Origin: Octopus bimaculoides
Lineage: Eukaryota
Assembly: GCF_001194135.2 (NCBI RefSeq)
Contig: NC_068984.1
Location: forward strand, 142,854,262-142,918,261
Length of the DNA: 64,000 nucleotides
Reading direction: 5' to 3'
Shown here: positions 12,925-25,324 of the stretch, one piece after another
Layout: each line of letters starts with the position of its first letter
How positions within the stretch are numbered: position 1 is the first letter of the stretch
The notes under the pieces: generated by a model
The model's database searches: none
Seen by the model: the letters and a program-made list of their open reading frames with translations, nothing else
Told to the model about the DNA's origin: nothing
Program-made: the position numbers and the translations under genes

Positions 12925-13095
12925 TTTTTAAGTCAATTTTTGTTTATGGTCCATTCAGTAGTGAATGTACATGTACAGTATTAACAGCCGCTAAGGGAAA
13001 GAAAGATGTTTTAACGTTTCGAGAAAAGCTCTTCTTCAGAAGCAGAGGTAAGTCCAATAGAAACAGAAGACGGAGGGAAAAAATTGCTCACGATT
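12925..13095 (-). mobile_element. Short Penelope-like terminal-repeat-derived element carrying a hammerhead motif
   Basis: Homologous to 27575-27745; minus strand contains CTGAAGAAGAGCTTTTCTCGAAACGTT. Confidence 0.6.
13008..13043 (-). ncRNA. Penelope-type minimal hammerhead ribozyme motif (core intact, stem I partly decayed)
   Basis: GCTT-CUGAAGA-A-GAG(CUUUU)CUC-GAAA-CGUU-AAAAC. Confidence 0.55.
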
Positions 13096-13115
13096 CACAT
13101 GTGGTTATATATGTG

Positions 13116-13147
<32 letters not shown>

Positions 13148-14511
13148 AATGTATTTATGTATGCATAATATATATATAATATATTTTAAATATATATATA
13201 TCCGTACATGGGTAGATACAAATTTTGATAAAAATAAAGGATTTTCCCCAATTCAGCGAGAAAGATTTTGGTTCTTACCTCAACTGATCGTTAATGAGAC
13301 CCATTTGTGGAGAAAGAGACAGTATATTCCACTGTGATAAGTATAATTAATTGATTTTAAAGAAGAATTAATGTGACTAACATAGTGTGAAAATGATGGA
13401 GGCTTATTGCAATGATCCAATCTAACCTACATATTTAACACGTCTCCCGAGTAACAATTTTCATATAGAAAGTCATGGTCAACTTGAGTTCATGGTGTAT
13501 GATGTCTGACCAAATGCTACTCGACGGAATCGAAAGTACGACTTCTCATTGCGAAAAAACTTCTCGCCTATGCGTGTCTCCGAACACTTCATTTTATAAA
13601 TGCATATACATCGGTAAAAATTACTATTATATCCACGTATGCAAGGAAACAGATAGACAACCCATGTATATATACACGTATATATATATATATATATATA
13701 TATATNNNNNNNNNNNNNNNNNNNNNNNNNNNNNNNNNNNNNNNNNNNNNNNNNNNNNNNNNNNNNNNNNNNNNNNNNNNNNNNNNNNNNNNNNNNNNNN
13801 NNNNNNNNNNNNNNNNNNNNNNNNNNNNNNNNNNNNNNNNNNNNNNNNNNNNNNNNNNNNNNNNNNNNNNNNNNNNNNNNNNNNNNNNNNNNNNNNNNNN
13901 NNNNNNNNNNNNNNNNNNNNNNNNNNNNNNNNNNNNNNNNNNNNNNNNNNNNNNNNNNNNNNNNNNNNNNNNNNNNNNNNNNNNNNNNNNNNNATATATA
14001 TATATATATATAAATATTTATATATGTTTATATATAGATATTTGTATACAATACATATATGTGTATATATATATATATTATATACATCTTGTATGTTATC
14101 TAAAGTTGCATGTATGTTTCTCTGTAAGTATCAGTATGTATATAAACCCACACACCATTACACAGGCGCGCGCGCACACGCACGCACACAAACACACACA
14201 CACACACACTCACACACACACACAGAGAAGTAGTGAGATTCATGTGATAATTGGTTCTTTAGAATTGGCAGCAAATCTAATCTATGTATTTCCATATCGT
14301 TATTGTTGACTTTGCTACAAGGATGTAGCAGCTTCTATTAGATTAGAGTCTGGATATTAGATGCTCTATCTTCCTCTATTTAGTGATAATTCTGTGTTTT
14401 ATAACGTTTCTCACACACAGCCGTTGTCGTGGCACAACCTGATGGTTGACATCAGAAAGCAGAGTGAAAGAGAGAAAGACAAAGAGAGATGGTGTGTATA
14501 TATATATAAAC

Positions 14512-14552
<41 letters not shown>

Positions 14553-15911
14553 AAGAATGGGTATGAGGGAGGTAAAGGTGTGAGGGTAATTGAGTGGTGC
14601 CGTGCAAATATATGTCTATTGTATATGTGTATGTACGTGGTTCGGTATCTATGTAGGTAGGTATTTCTGTATGCATGTGTTTGTGTGTGTGTATGTGACT
14701 TTATTTGTGTGTATGCAACTATTCACAAGTTCACAATCGAACAATATATATACATATGTATATACCCATCTCTCTCTATACACACACAGATATATTTACG
14801 TATATATATATATATATATATATATATNNNNNNNNNNNNNNNNNNNNNNNNNNNNNNNNNNNNNNNNNNNNNNNNNNNNNNNNNNNNNNNNNNNNNNNNN
14901 NNNNNNNNNNNNNNNNNNNNNNNNNNNNNNNNNNNNNNNNNNNNNNNNNNNNNNNNNNNNNNNNNNNNNNNNNNNNNNNNNNNNNNNNNNNNNNNNNNNN
15001 NNNNNNNNNNNNNNNNNNNNNNNNNNNNNNNNNNNNNNNNNNNNNNNNNNNNNNNNNNNNNNNNNNNNNNNNNNNNNNNNNNNNNNNNNNNNNNNNNNNN
15101 NNNNNNNNNNNNNNNNNNNNNNNNNNNNNNNNNNNNNNNNNNNNNNNNNNNNNNNNNNNNNNNNNNNNNNNNNNNNNNNNNNNNNNNNNNNNNNNNNNNN
15201 NNNNNNNNNNNNNNNNNNNNNNNNNNNNNNNNNNNNNNNNNNNNNNNNNNNNNNNNNNNNNNNNNNNNNNNNNNNNNNNNNNNNNNNNNNNNNNNNNNNN
15301 NNNNNNNNNNNNNNNNNNNNNNNNNNNNNNNNNNNNNNNNNNNNNNNNNNNNNNNNNNNNNNNNNNNNNNNNNNNNNNNNNNNNNNNNNNNNNNNNNNNN
15401 NNNNNNNNNNNNNNNNNNNNNNNNNNNNNNNNNNNNNNNNNNNNNNNNNNNNNNNNNNNNNNNNNNNNNNNNNNNNNNNNNNNNNNNNNNNNNNNNNNNN
15501 NNNNNNNNNNNNNNNNNNNNNNNNNNNNNNNNNNNNNNNNNNNNNNNNNNNNNNNNNNNNNNNNNNNNNNNNNNNNNNNNNNNNNNNNNNNNNNNNNNNN
15601 NNNNNNNNNNNNNNNATATATATATGTCTGTATTTTGTGTATTTATAAGAAATATGTGTATGAATGAATGTATTTCTGTGAGTCTGTGTGTCTGTGTATG
15701 TGTGAGTTGTGTGTGTGCGTATGAGTGGATGAATGTTTTATATGTGATGTAGTTCTGTTTTCGCCTGCTTTATATCGACGACCTAACTCGTAGCACTTGG
15801 ATATATTACATGTAATTTAGTTTATCTATCTGTCCATTTACTTTTCTATCCAGCGATATATATTTCTTCTATGTAGACACACACAGACATGCCCACACAC
15901 ACTCACTCTCA

Positions 15912-16430
15912 CACTGGTTGTACAAAAAGTAATGCAAAAGCAGGTATAATATTTTTTATTAACACTGGTCGTCTAAATTGTTTTTATCCCAAATAGAAGC
16001 AACCTGCTCCCAGTGAAGTCTTGATGAAGGACGGTGTAGGATATGCAGTATCAGAAGAAAACAAGTCGATTATGAAGGTAGCAACAATCGCAAGAATAAT
16101 GTGCGCAGAGAGATGAAGAGGTTTAAGTAGAAGGAAACAAGCAGTGAACACAAACCACGCAGTGAGAAATCATCAACTGTACCCCTTGATATGAACCGCC
16201 CATGTATGGACAGATTCGCGTAAGCAGACGTACCATAACTGAACTCTGATCACAAATGAATTGAAGAAGACGATCCAAGATTTTGGGTATCAGAAAATCA
16301 TTGCAAATCGGTTAATTTTGCATTTGGCAACAGATTTACAGGTGCAAAGAGAGGAATTGTACTCTGGCGTCCAGGAATTATTTGAAGGCAATGTAGACCA
16401 GTCTTTTATCATCTGGTTTGTTGAATAGGC
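15912..16430 (+). mobile_element. Mariner transposase remnant (N-terminal HTH region)
   Basis: NVRREMKRFK*KETSSEHKPRSEKSST and DFGYQKIIANRLILHLATDLQVQREEL resemble mariner 'WMKRF..G..S.ED.PRSGRPST' and 'LG..K.CARWVP..LT'. TIR-like GGTTGTACAAAAAGTAATGC at the left. Confidence 0.65.
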
Positions 16431-17469
16431 TACATCTATGGTACCTTGTTTAATTATAATGTTACTTAATAAATTAAAATCAAATAAATTTCAATAGTCA
16501 AATTTTATCCCCAGCTGCAATATTTTAAGTAAAAATGTTCTTGTTCTGTACGTTACCGGATGTAATAACTTATCTTGTAATTTTCCAGGTTCATAATATA
16601 AAAAATATTATTTCTCTTGCTCGCATTTTTCCATGTAATCCATGTTTTTTCCAGGTTATGCTGTTATGCTAATTAATAATGTGTCAAATGTGTCAATTAG
16701 CGGTGTGGTTGATAATCTTTTCCTTACCACAATGATGCCGTTGACACACATTAAAAGTTCCCTTACAGAACTATATTCATTAAAAAAGTATAGAACTATA
16801 TTACCGCCCTCAAATTTGAGAAACAAGCACTTATAACTTTTTTCTTTTAAAACTTCATTGCATGTGACTGATACCATGAAATTCCTCGAATTGAGCTCTA
16901 TCATTTAAGCATAATTAAAATATACTTTGTTTTGAAAATAAAAAAAGTTATAATCGAATCCAATTTTTTGTCCTGTTTTATTTTTCATATATTACCACCC
17001 AAAGTTTTTGATACACATATTTATTACATGGGAACAAAACTATGAAATTCTTCACACTTTCTTCTATCATTGAAGCTAAGATAAATATATTTTACATTTA
17101 AAATAAATAAAAAAAAAGTTATTTAGATCTGAACTTGAGTGGAAACGTTACTTACCCTCCTATAACGTCGCTTCAAATTTTGATGTAAACTTTTTTCTAC
17201 TGGATCAAATCTGAATTTGTTTATACCAAAATGTTGCTAGGGACCAGTCCTCTACAAAAACGTCAACAGTTTTCAATTTGGTTAAGAACTGAATTAGCGA
17301 TAAGCTCTGAAATATGCTGCGTGTGAGTAAATTGTGGCCTCAAGAACATTATTCAACTACTACGCATTGTGGCTGTACAGGCGTACACGGGTGTTGCAGT
17401 CACGTACACAGCAACTGCATTTGAAGGAGCTCTCTGCCAGGTGTCTTAGGAATTAAAACAATATATAGC

Positions 17470-17929
17470 ATTTAAATTTTCTTCGTATGTGAATTATTTT
17501 GGAAATTATGATAAATTTTTCGAACAGTCGCAAAGGGAGATCGCCGGAAAAAAACATATTTATCCTTTTCTATTCAATTGCAATAATAAACATTTTAGTT
17601 TTTTTGAAACCATAATATCAAATGCGAATGTGTATGGAATATCAATGAATGATATAGATGGGAAATGCGAAACAAGCAGAAGAACAAAAAAAAGCGTTTT
17701 GAAAACAGTCAATATTTTTGTAGTTCAAAAATTGCGATTTATGACAAAAATATCCTCTACAATTAGCTAGAGTTAATAATGACAAACTTTAATTACTGAA
17801 TATCGTTAAACACACCTCTGCAAATGCAAAGTACATAAGCATTTCACTTTAAATGCAACAAACAATCGGCAGTGAGGAGACTGTTCTTAGTTGATCCCCA
17901 AATGGGGCTCATGGCACGCAATGGGTTAA
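17470..17929. mobile_element. Possible piggyBac-like non-autonomous element, one terminus only
   Basis: Ends ...GGCACGCAATGGG|TTAA (reverse: TTAA|CCCATTGCGTGCC), the piggyBac TTAA-CCC pattern; the partner terminus was not found. Confidence 0.35.
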
Positions 17930-18564
17930 GAGGTACCAGATACATATGTGAAAATATCTTTTAATTCGCTTGCTTTTTCTTGCAGATTGAGTAAAGGTAA
18001 ACAAGTTTGATCCCTAGGTCTGTTGTCCATCTTACACGTAATTTTATCGTCAATGAACAGATCTTTTTTCCTATAACCACATTTTTTCTATTACAGTCGA
18101 CCCTAGATACGCTTTGTGGCATCACCGTTAATCCAGCAGAATTGTAGCTAAAGGCTTTCCAATCGTCAGCATCCATCTTTTTTTCGCCATATTCAGTGCA
18201 CTGCGGCTTCTATTATTAAAACACTCCTCTTTTCAAAGACATTATAATGCGAATACAGAGAAACATTTCACTGTTATTCTCAGCACATCAAGCGACCATG
18301 TATTAACACAAGTTACATCCTGTTCGAATTAGCTTCCTTTAATATGACAACGATATATTGCGTGGAATTGTCCAGCTCTTATGCAAGTGGCAGAAGTTAG
18401 ATTAAGTCTAAAAGATGAATTAATAGAGATATTGAAGTTGTCTCTTATACAAAAATGCTTTAGACAGAAACTAACGTTAATATACTGAACACATTCTTTA
18501 CTGTGTTACCTCTTAGGTCAGCTCCATTTTAGACCAACATCATAAATTCGTCCATAAATCCATG

Positions 18565-18780
18565 TATCTATGTTTGTATGTATGCATGTATGTATGTATG
18601 TATGTATGAATGTATGTAGGTATATATATGTATGTATGCATGTATGTGTGTGTGTATGTATATATGTATGTATGTGGATATGTATGTATGTAAACATATA
18701 TGTATGTATTGTATATGTATGTATGTACGTATGTACGTATGTATGTATGTATGCATGTATGTATGAATGTATGTATGTAT
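18565..18780. repeat. Degenerate (TATG)n microsatellite
   Basis: Directly visible. Confidence 0.9.
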
Positions 18781-19951
18781 TTGTGTGTTTTTCCATGTGT
18801 GTCTATTGCTATATTCTTTTCTGCTCTGTGCATCTGTGTGTTTGTGTGCGTACATATAAATATACATACCTCCATACATAAATCATGCGTATATATATAT
18901 ATATATATATATNNNNNNNNNNNNNNNNNNNNNNNNNNNNNNNNNNNNNNNNNNNNNNNNNNNNNNNNNNNNNNATATGTATGTATATATATATATGTAT
19001 GTATATATATATATGTATGTATATATATATATATGTATGTATATATATATATGTATGTATATATATATATGTATGTATATATATATATATATTACAGGAT
19101 ATTATATTACGTGCGTGTACATGATCTATGTATAAAACTACACATAGTGATACAAGGTGACTTCACACATACACGCACGCAGGCGTACAGACATAGGTTT
19201 ATATGTATGCATGTATGTGTGTTTATGCGTGTGTGTATGTCCCTCCATACATATGTACGTTCGTGTGTATTTATATACATATTGTGTCTCTTAAACTGAG
19301 TTGTTCTGAAGACGCTATCCCAACGCGATGCATAATTATAGTTAATTCTTAGTAATAACCAATAAGGAGAATTGTTAAATAACTTTGCCCTCCTTCTGCT
19401 CATTACCATAATCTTATTAGGTATTTGTGATAGCAGGAAGCTTACCGATATACCGAAGGAACTAAGTGGTTTTGACCTTGAAAAGGATTTCTGATCTTTA
19501 CTGATTACCAGAGCAAATTATATTTCAGGAACTCTCCAGTCCTACCTACGTAGAATGTTTGAGTCTCCGCATTCGTGGTTGCTTTAGAAAATAATTGTTG
19601 AACGAGAAATATCCGAGATTATATCAGTTACTACATACTGCATCCCGATTCTTTTGCCGTATTACTTCTTGAAACTATAATGTAGTGCTGAATAAGCCAT
19701 CACATTCTAACCCAACTGTCTTTGTAAATAGATCTTAATTAACGACCATACACAGTAGAGCCATAAGTTTCGGCCATTTTTTTCAACCTCACATTTGATA
19801 GAAAAATACAAGATTGTTTTCGAATAGTTTTGTTTTTGCACACAGATTCTGTGTAGCATCCTGTACATCTTAACCTTTTCTGCTTCGAATAAAATGCGGT
19901 TCGAGTTCAATTTATTTTTTCCTACTGTTAGCAAGTTGTGTGATGACACAT

Positions 19952-20154
19952 ATACGAGATTTTGGGCAGAAGAAAATACAGGAGGATCTGTGAATTATGA
20001 TTTTATTGAACATATTCCCTTCTCAGATTCACACACTTATTGCAGCGGTCCTTCAGTTATTCTAAACCACGTAAAAGACTCGAACGGTTGGACCTCCAGC
20101 CAAGCATTTCACGATACCCTTAAACCCAGAAACTTTTCAGCAATCCATTCCCTA
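19952..20154 (-). mobile_element. Mariner-derived MITE retaining the transposase C-terminus
   Basis: Minus strand encodes LE*LKDRCNKCVNLRREYVQ* (mariner '..KL..RW.KC....G.YVE*'). TIR-like TGCTGAAAAGTTTCTGG at one end and TATACGAG at the other. Confidence 0.7.
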
Positions 20155-21734
20155 TATATATATTGTCTTGTTCTCTCTCATTGTCTCGACGAGTTCTCTC
20201 AGATTGTATATCTACGCTGTTTATTTATATTACATGAATGGAGTTGGAAACATGTTACAGGTTTGTGATTGGTTTGTGATGTTATAGGTTTGTGACCGAT
20301 TAGTTGAATAGATATTTAACCAATTGACTAATAATAAAGAAGTGGAACGGAACCAGAGCCAGTATTATTATTATTGGCTTAATGACCTTCCCAAGACACA
20401 ACAAAATTTGTTTCAACACACAAATCCACATCAAGAATCTTGAAAACCAAACCAAGTACAAAATCGATGTAGGTTAAACATTTAACTTTTGCCGTAATCC
20501 ATTGTTCACTCAGTCTCAGGTCGACTAAAATCTGAGAGCGAAATTATCTGGACAGAAATTGTTACGAATCCGATAAGTTGGTTCCTGTGTTCGTCTTCAA
20601 TGTTAGAATTATTTCGTCCCAGAGGGAAATTGCCATTTTGTGTGTGCGAAAGTTTTAGCTAAGGTCCTTACGTTGAAAACAATCAGACATGATTTTCCTT
20701 TTCATTCACACACACGAATTTCTTACCACGAAAGTCCCCCACACCCTTATTCTCGGATTTAAAAAAAAAAAATATATATAATAGCAAAGCGTATAAAGAT
20801 GTTGCTGTCGGGAGAATTTGAACCAAGTTCACTCGCTAGCACTCCCGCTAGAATGTAACTCAATAGTGTAATAAACTATCGGAATACACATGAGCGTCAA
20901 TTGACTAATTATCGCTTTATGCCAGTTTGGACCACGATGGAAAAAGACAAACAGTAAAATGAAAGAACCAAGAACACACAGACACAGACATATATGTATA
21001 TATATACACATCCGTATATATATATATATATATATATATATANNNNNNNNNNNNNNNNNNNNNNNNNNNNNNNNNNNNNNNNNNNNNNNNNNNNNNNNNN
21101 NNNNNNNNNNNNNNNNNNNNNNNNNNNNNNNNNNNNNNNNNNNNNNNNNNNNNNNNNNNNNNNNNNNNNNNNNNNNNNNNNNNNNNNNNNNNNNNNNNNN
21201 NNNNNNNNNNNNNNNNNNNNNNNNNNNNNNNNNNNNNNNNNNNNNNNNNNNNNNNNNNNNNNNNNNNNNNNNNNNNNNNNNNNNNNNNNNNNNNNNNNNN
21301 NNNNNNNNNNNNNNNNNNNNNNNNNNNNNNNNNNNNNNNNGTGTTTATATCAATTAGAATTTTTACGATTTATATAAATTTGATTTTGTTAAATATTCTT
21401 CTTCTTCTTCTTGTTTACGTTTGTTGTTTTCATTCTCAGCTGTTGTTGCTACTTCAGTTACTGTAATGCTTTTCTTTTTCTTATTTGTTTTGTTTTTGTG
21501 TTTCTCTCAGTTAAATATTCTTTCTATTGTAATGATTTCATGTTTAGGAGTATTCCCTAAAATTATAGATGCATTAAAACTAATTACATCTGTGAAGTTT
21601 TAATCTATTTTTTTCTGGCAGATAACACATAAAATTGTAATTAATTTTAATATTTATTGAAACAAAGTTGTGGTGTTGTGGATGGTACTGGTACAGTGCA
21701 ATATGAAATTATACATTACTGTATCTTACGTTCT

Positions 21735-21915
21735 GGCTTTCTTTGGGTCTTGGTATCAAATTCAGCCTGAATTTCCAACACGGCCCTTGTCCTAAATGCC
21801 AAACGCAACTTTCCATAGGACACACTAATTTATCAGAAGTTGCATATTTGATTTCATCATCCCTGTAGTTTGGTAAATTAAGTACCAGTGTTTCACTGGG
21901 GCCGACGTCACAACT
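21735..21915 (+). mobile_element. SINE-C, highly decayed
   Basis: GTATCAAATTC...TAAATTAAGTACCAGTGTTTCACTGGGGCCGACG. Confidence 0.45.
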
Positions 21916-22355
21916 ATAATTCATTAGTCACTGAAGATATGGTGTTGTTGAATTACAAGAATTGTTGACTACCTGATAAACCAAAGCTACTTTTAAATTT
22001 CTTGCATTCCCTTTCCCATTCCAACGGTAAATTCTAATATCTTTGACTGAGGTTCACATTGATTGTCTTAGGATCAAATAAAATAGAGAAAGCATCTGAT
22101 GAATATTTGGTCTCCATTTCAACCGAAATCGTCGCTCCTGTGTGAAACTGTTGTCTCGTGGACTGTAACGAATTGATTTAAATCGGGCTTCGTGACGAGA
22201 TCCTGGGGCAAAGGGTGAGATAAAGCAAGCATCTCCGCTTGACACTGTGAATTATAAGATTTATGGAGAGTACTTAGCTTTTCTGAAATTTCGTCTCTCA
22301 TTTAATTATCCCAAAATGCACCATTCCAAAACTGACTGAGCGAATGGCTCTAGAA

Positions 22356-23042
22356 CAGCGGTTCTCAATCTATTTCTGTCTCTTTGATTCCTATTTAACT
22401 ATTCAGTGTTTTAAAATTCCTGTTATATTTTTATAGCTAAATATTACGCATACCTCTCTGATAATCGCTCCTTGTCGCGCGGGGGTGGGATTTACGTGGA
22501 GCAACGATGACGTCGGGAGTTCTAAACTCCTGGTAGGACCACTCCTGGCGACAAGGTCGAAGACGAGTTTGAAGACTAAGCGCAGCCAATCCCCAACAGC
22601 TCTAACAGTGGAACAAGCGAATGTTGATCAGAACAGATCTCAACGCTTGAACCTGCGGTTGAAGAGGTCAACGCATGACGAATATGCTTCAGAAGGCGCC
22701 GCTCAAAACTATAACCGAGTCAACGGCAGTTTGTTGCAAGTTCATAGTTGAATCTTGTACGTCTCATTCCACATGTGCCGCAGTGAAAGGTCATGAAATT
22801 AAGAAAATCAAATTTGTGAGTCATTTCCTGGCAAGCTGAGACTCAACATATTTATGCCATCGGCACTTTCTTTCCTCTACTCTGATATTTTCTTCCCTTC
22901 TGACCATTAGGAACAATACAAAAAAGAATCTTAAAATATTTCGTGTATTGTCGAAATATGACCAAAATATTTTACATACACCTTAGCAACAAAATCTCAT
23001 ATAAACCCCTAGAGTCATATGAACCCTGGTTGAGAACCACTG
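22356..23042. mobile_element. hAT (Charlie-like) non-autonomous DNA transposon
   Basis: TIRs CAGCGGTTCTCAA and TTGAGAACCACTG; 8-bp TSD CTCTAGAA (22348-22355) and CTCTAGAG (23442-23449, displaced by a SINE). Confidence 0.85.
22460..22800 (+). mobile_element. GC-rich insert resembling an RTE (Expander-like) 5' UTR, nested in the hAT element
   Basis: CCTTGTCGCGCGGGGGTGGGATTTACGTG...AAACTCCTGGTAGGACCACTCCTGGCG resembles RTE 5' ends as I recall them; sharp GC shift against the host MITE. Confidence 0.55.
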
Positions 23043-23044
23043 CT

Positions 23045-23433
23045 GTGTTGTTGTTGGCGCTCCGTCGCTTACGACGACGAGGGTTCCATTTGATCCGATC
23101 AACAGAACAGCCTGCTCGTGAAATTAACGTGCAAGTGGCTGAGCACTCCAAAGACACGTGTACCCTTAACGTAGTTCTCGGGGATATTCAGCGTGACACA
23201 GTGTGACAAGGCTGACCCTTTGAATTACAGGTACAACAGAAACAGGAAGAAAGAGTGAGAGAAAGTTGTGGTGAAAGAGTACAACAGGGTTTGCCACCAT
23301 CCCCTGCCGGAGCCTCGTGGAGCTTTAGGTGTTTTCGCTCAATAAACACTCAGAACGCCCGGTCTGGGAATCGAAGCCGTGATCTTGTGACCGTGAGTCC
23401 GCTGCCCTAACCACTGGGCCATTGCGCCTCCAC
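23045..23433 (-). mobile_element. tRNA-headed SINE, working family SINE-B (variant middle)
   Basis: Head GTGGAGGCGCAATGGCCCAGTGGTTAGGG...GGCTTCGATTCCC; tail GGAACCCTCGTCGTCGTAAGCGACGG shared with 28108, 41264 and 44742; TSD ACCACTGCT/ACCTCTGCT. Confidence 0.85.
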
Positions 23434-24029
23434 TACCTCTGCTCTAGAGAAAAGGTATGAGGAACTAGATGCTTTTCGCTGCCCGAACTTGGCTTAACCG
23501 AGAATCGAAACAGTGGTGTACGTTATTTTCAAAGGCTATAATTTTCGTCTTACGTTAAGCTGTTTCTCCTCCCCTCTACCTGCGTGAAATAAAACAATAT
23601 AAAAGTTATATTGAATCAGTAAGACGTAACCTAATCTATTTCTTACCGTCGACTTCGTCAACCAAGCAACACCCAACCTCGATGCATCATACACCAAAAC
23701 ACTACCACCTATACAACAACCACCAACACCACTCGCAACACCAATCATAACCCCAAAACACTGTTCAAAAACCGAAAAAATAAATCCAAATTCTGTTCAT
23801 TCATTGTATCCAGTCAATCGGAAAGAACCAGATTCCAACAGAAGATAAATATGTCAATGTGATTTATATACCTTTAACAAAATCTCTTTCGCTGATCTTA
23901 GCAGAAATCTTTCAAAATGTCTTTGATGCCTGCAATAGACAGAACTTCAAACATAGCCAAGATAAAATTTATGATAGAATCTGGTTCTGGCTTTGGTTGA
24001 TGAACTAGATTTGGTTGAAGGTAGAGGTG

Positions 24030-24267
24030 ATGGTGTTGGTGGTGGTAGTGGCGATGGTGTTGCAAGGGAGGGGGGGGAAGGAAAGTAGTGCGGAGGGTTA
24101 GTGGTTGTGGTGTTGTGGTTTTTGGAATTCATGGCTGCGTTGGTAGGAGCGATGTTATGGTGGCGGTTGAGGTGGTGGTGGTGGTGCTGGTGGTGATTGT
24201 TTTGGCGGTAGTAGTGGTGGTTTTGATATTAGTGGTGCTGATTTCAGTACTGCTTGTAGTGGTAGAT

Positions 24268-24318
<51 letters not shown>

Positions 24319-24414
24319 ATATTGGAGGTTATTTATAGTGATATTTGAGGCTGGTGGAAGTGATGGTGATGGTGGTCTCACTCCTGTTGTCAGTATTGCT
24401 GATATTTCAATCTC

Positions 24415-24470
<56 letters not shown>

Positions 24471-24840
24471 CAGCAGAAGCAGCAGCAGTAGTAGTAGTAG
24501 TAATTGTCATTGTTGTAGTAATAGTTATAATAGCTGTAATTGTAGTTGGGATTGTAGTTAGCTGTTCTAGTAGTAGTAGAAGAAGCAGAATTAGTAGTAG
24601 TCGAAGAAGCAGCAGCAGTAGTAGTAAACGTTGTTGTTGTACTAATAGTGGAAGCATCTGTAGTTATGGTAGTTGTATTAGTAGTCGTTGATGTCGTTGT
24701 AGTAGTAGTAGTAGTAGTAGTGGTGGTAGTTTAATTTGTTGCTGTTGTTGCTCATGTCTTGTTGATCTTCATTTGTGTATAGATATATAGGTATTTAAAG
24801 TGGTGATGTTGTCGATGGTGGTGGTGCTGATGGTGTTCGT
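24030..24840. repeat. G/T-rich trinucleotide mosaic ((GGT)/(GTA)/(GCA)/(GTT))n
   Basis: Directly visible. Confidence 0.9.
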
Positions 24841-25217
24841 CATAATGACTTATTTCGGCATAAGGCCTGAAATGTTAACATCGATCTCAGGACTCTTTGT
24901 CTGCCGGGTTAGAAAACAACGCAGACATATTGTTTGGACGGACACATTGGGCAGGGTCTTTGACATCGGGCCTGATTCGAATGCTGCCACAATACGAAGG
25001 ATAAGGCAATAAAAACAAAAATTAAAAGACGCCCGTGTTATATGAACGGATGGAGGGGTTTGCAACGGGTTCGATTCATGGAGCGGGGGACATTTCTGAA
25101 ACGGCAGAATGGGCAGAATGACGGACTGTATGAATTAAACCACTCGTTCTCAATCTGATGATCCGCAAAGGTTGTCCTGGGGGTCTGTGAACTAAATTCA
25201 AAATTTCATATATGTAG

Positions 25218-25323
25218 CCCGAGGCTATAGTAGAAGACCCTTGCCCAAGGTGCCACGCGGTGGGACTGAACCCGGAACCATGTGGTTGGTAAGCAAGCTA
25301 CTTACCACATAGCCATTCCTGCT
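25218..25323 (-). mobile_element. SINE-A 5' head
   Basis: Reverse complement of the SINE-A head (GGGACTGAACCCGGAACCATGTGG...CTTACCACATAGCC). Confidence 0.85.
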
Positions 25324-25324
25324 C

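Noticed and set aside
17960-18350. Possible CR1/L2 RT remnant (TVMPQSVSR resembling GVPQGSVLG)
   Set aside because: A single weak motif with no corroborating neighbours. The same applies to IIDLAKVSQ near 10390.
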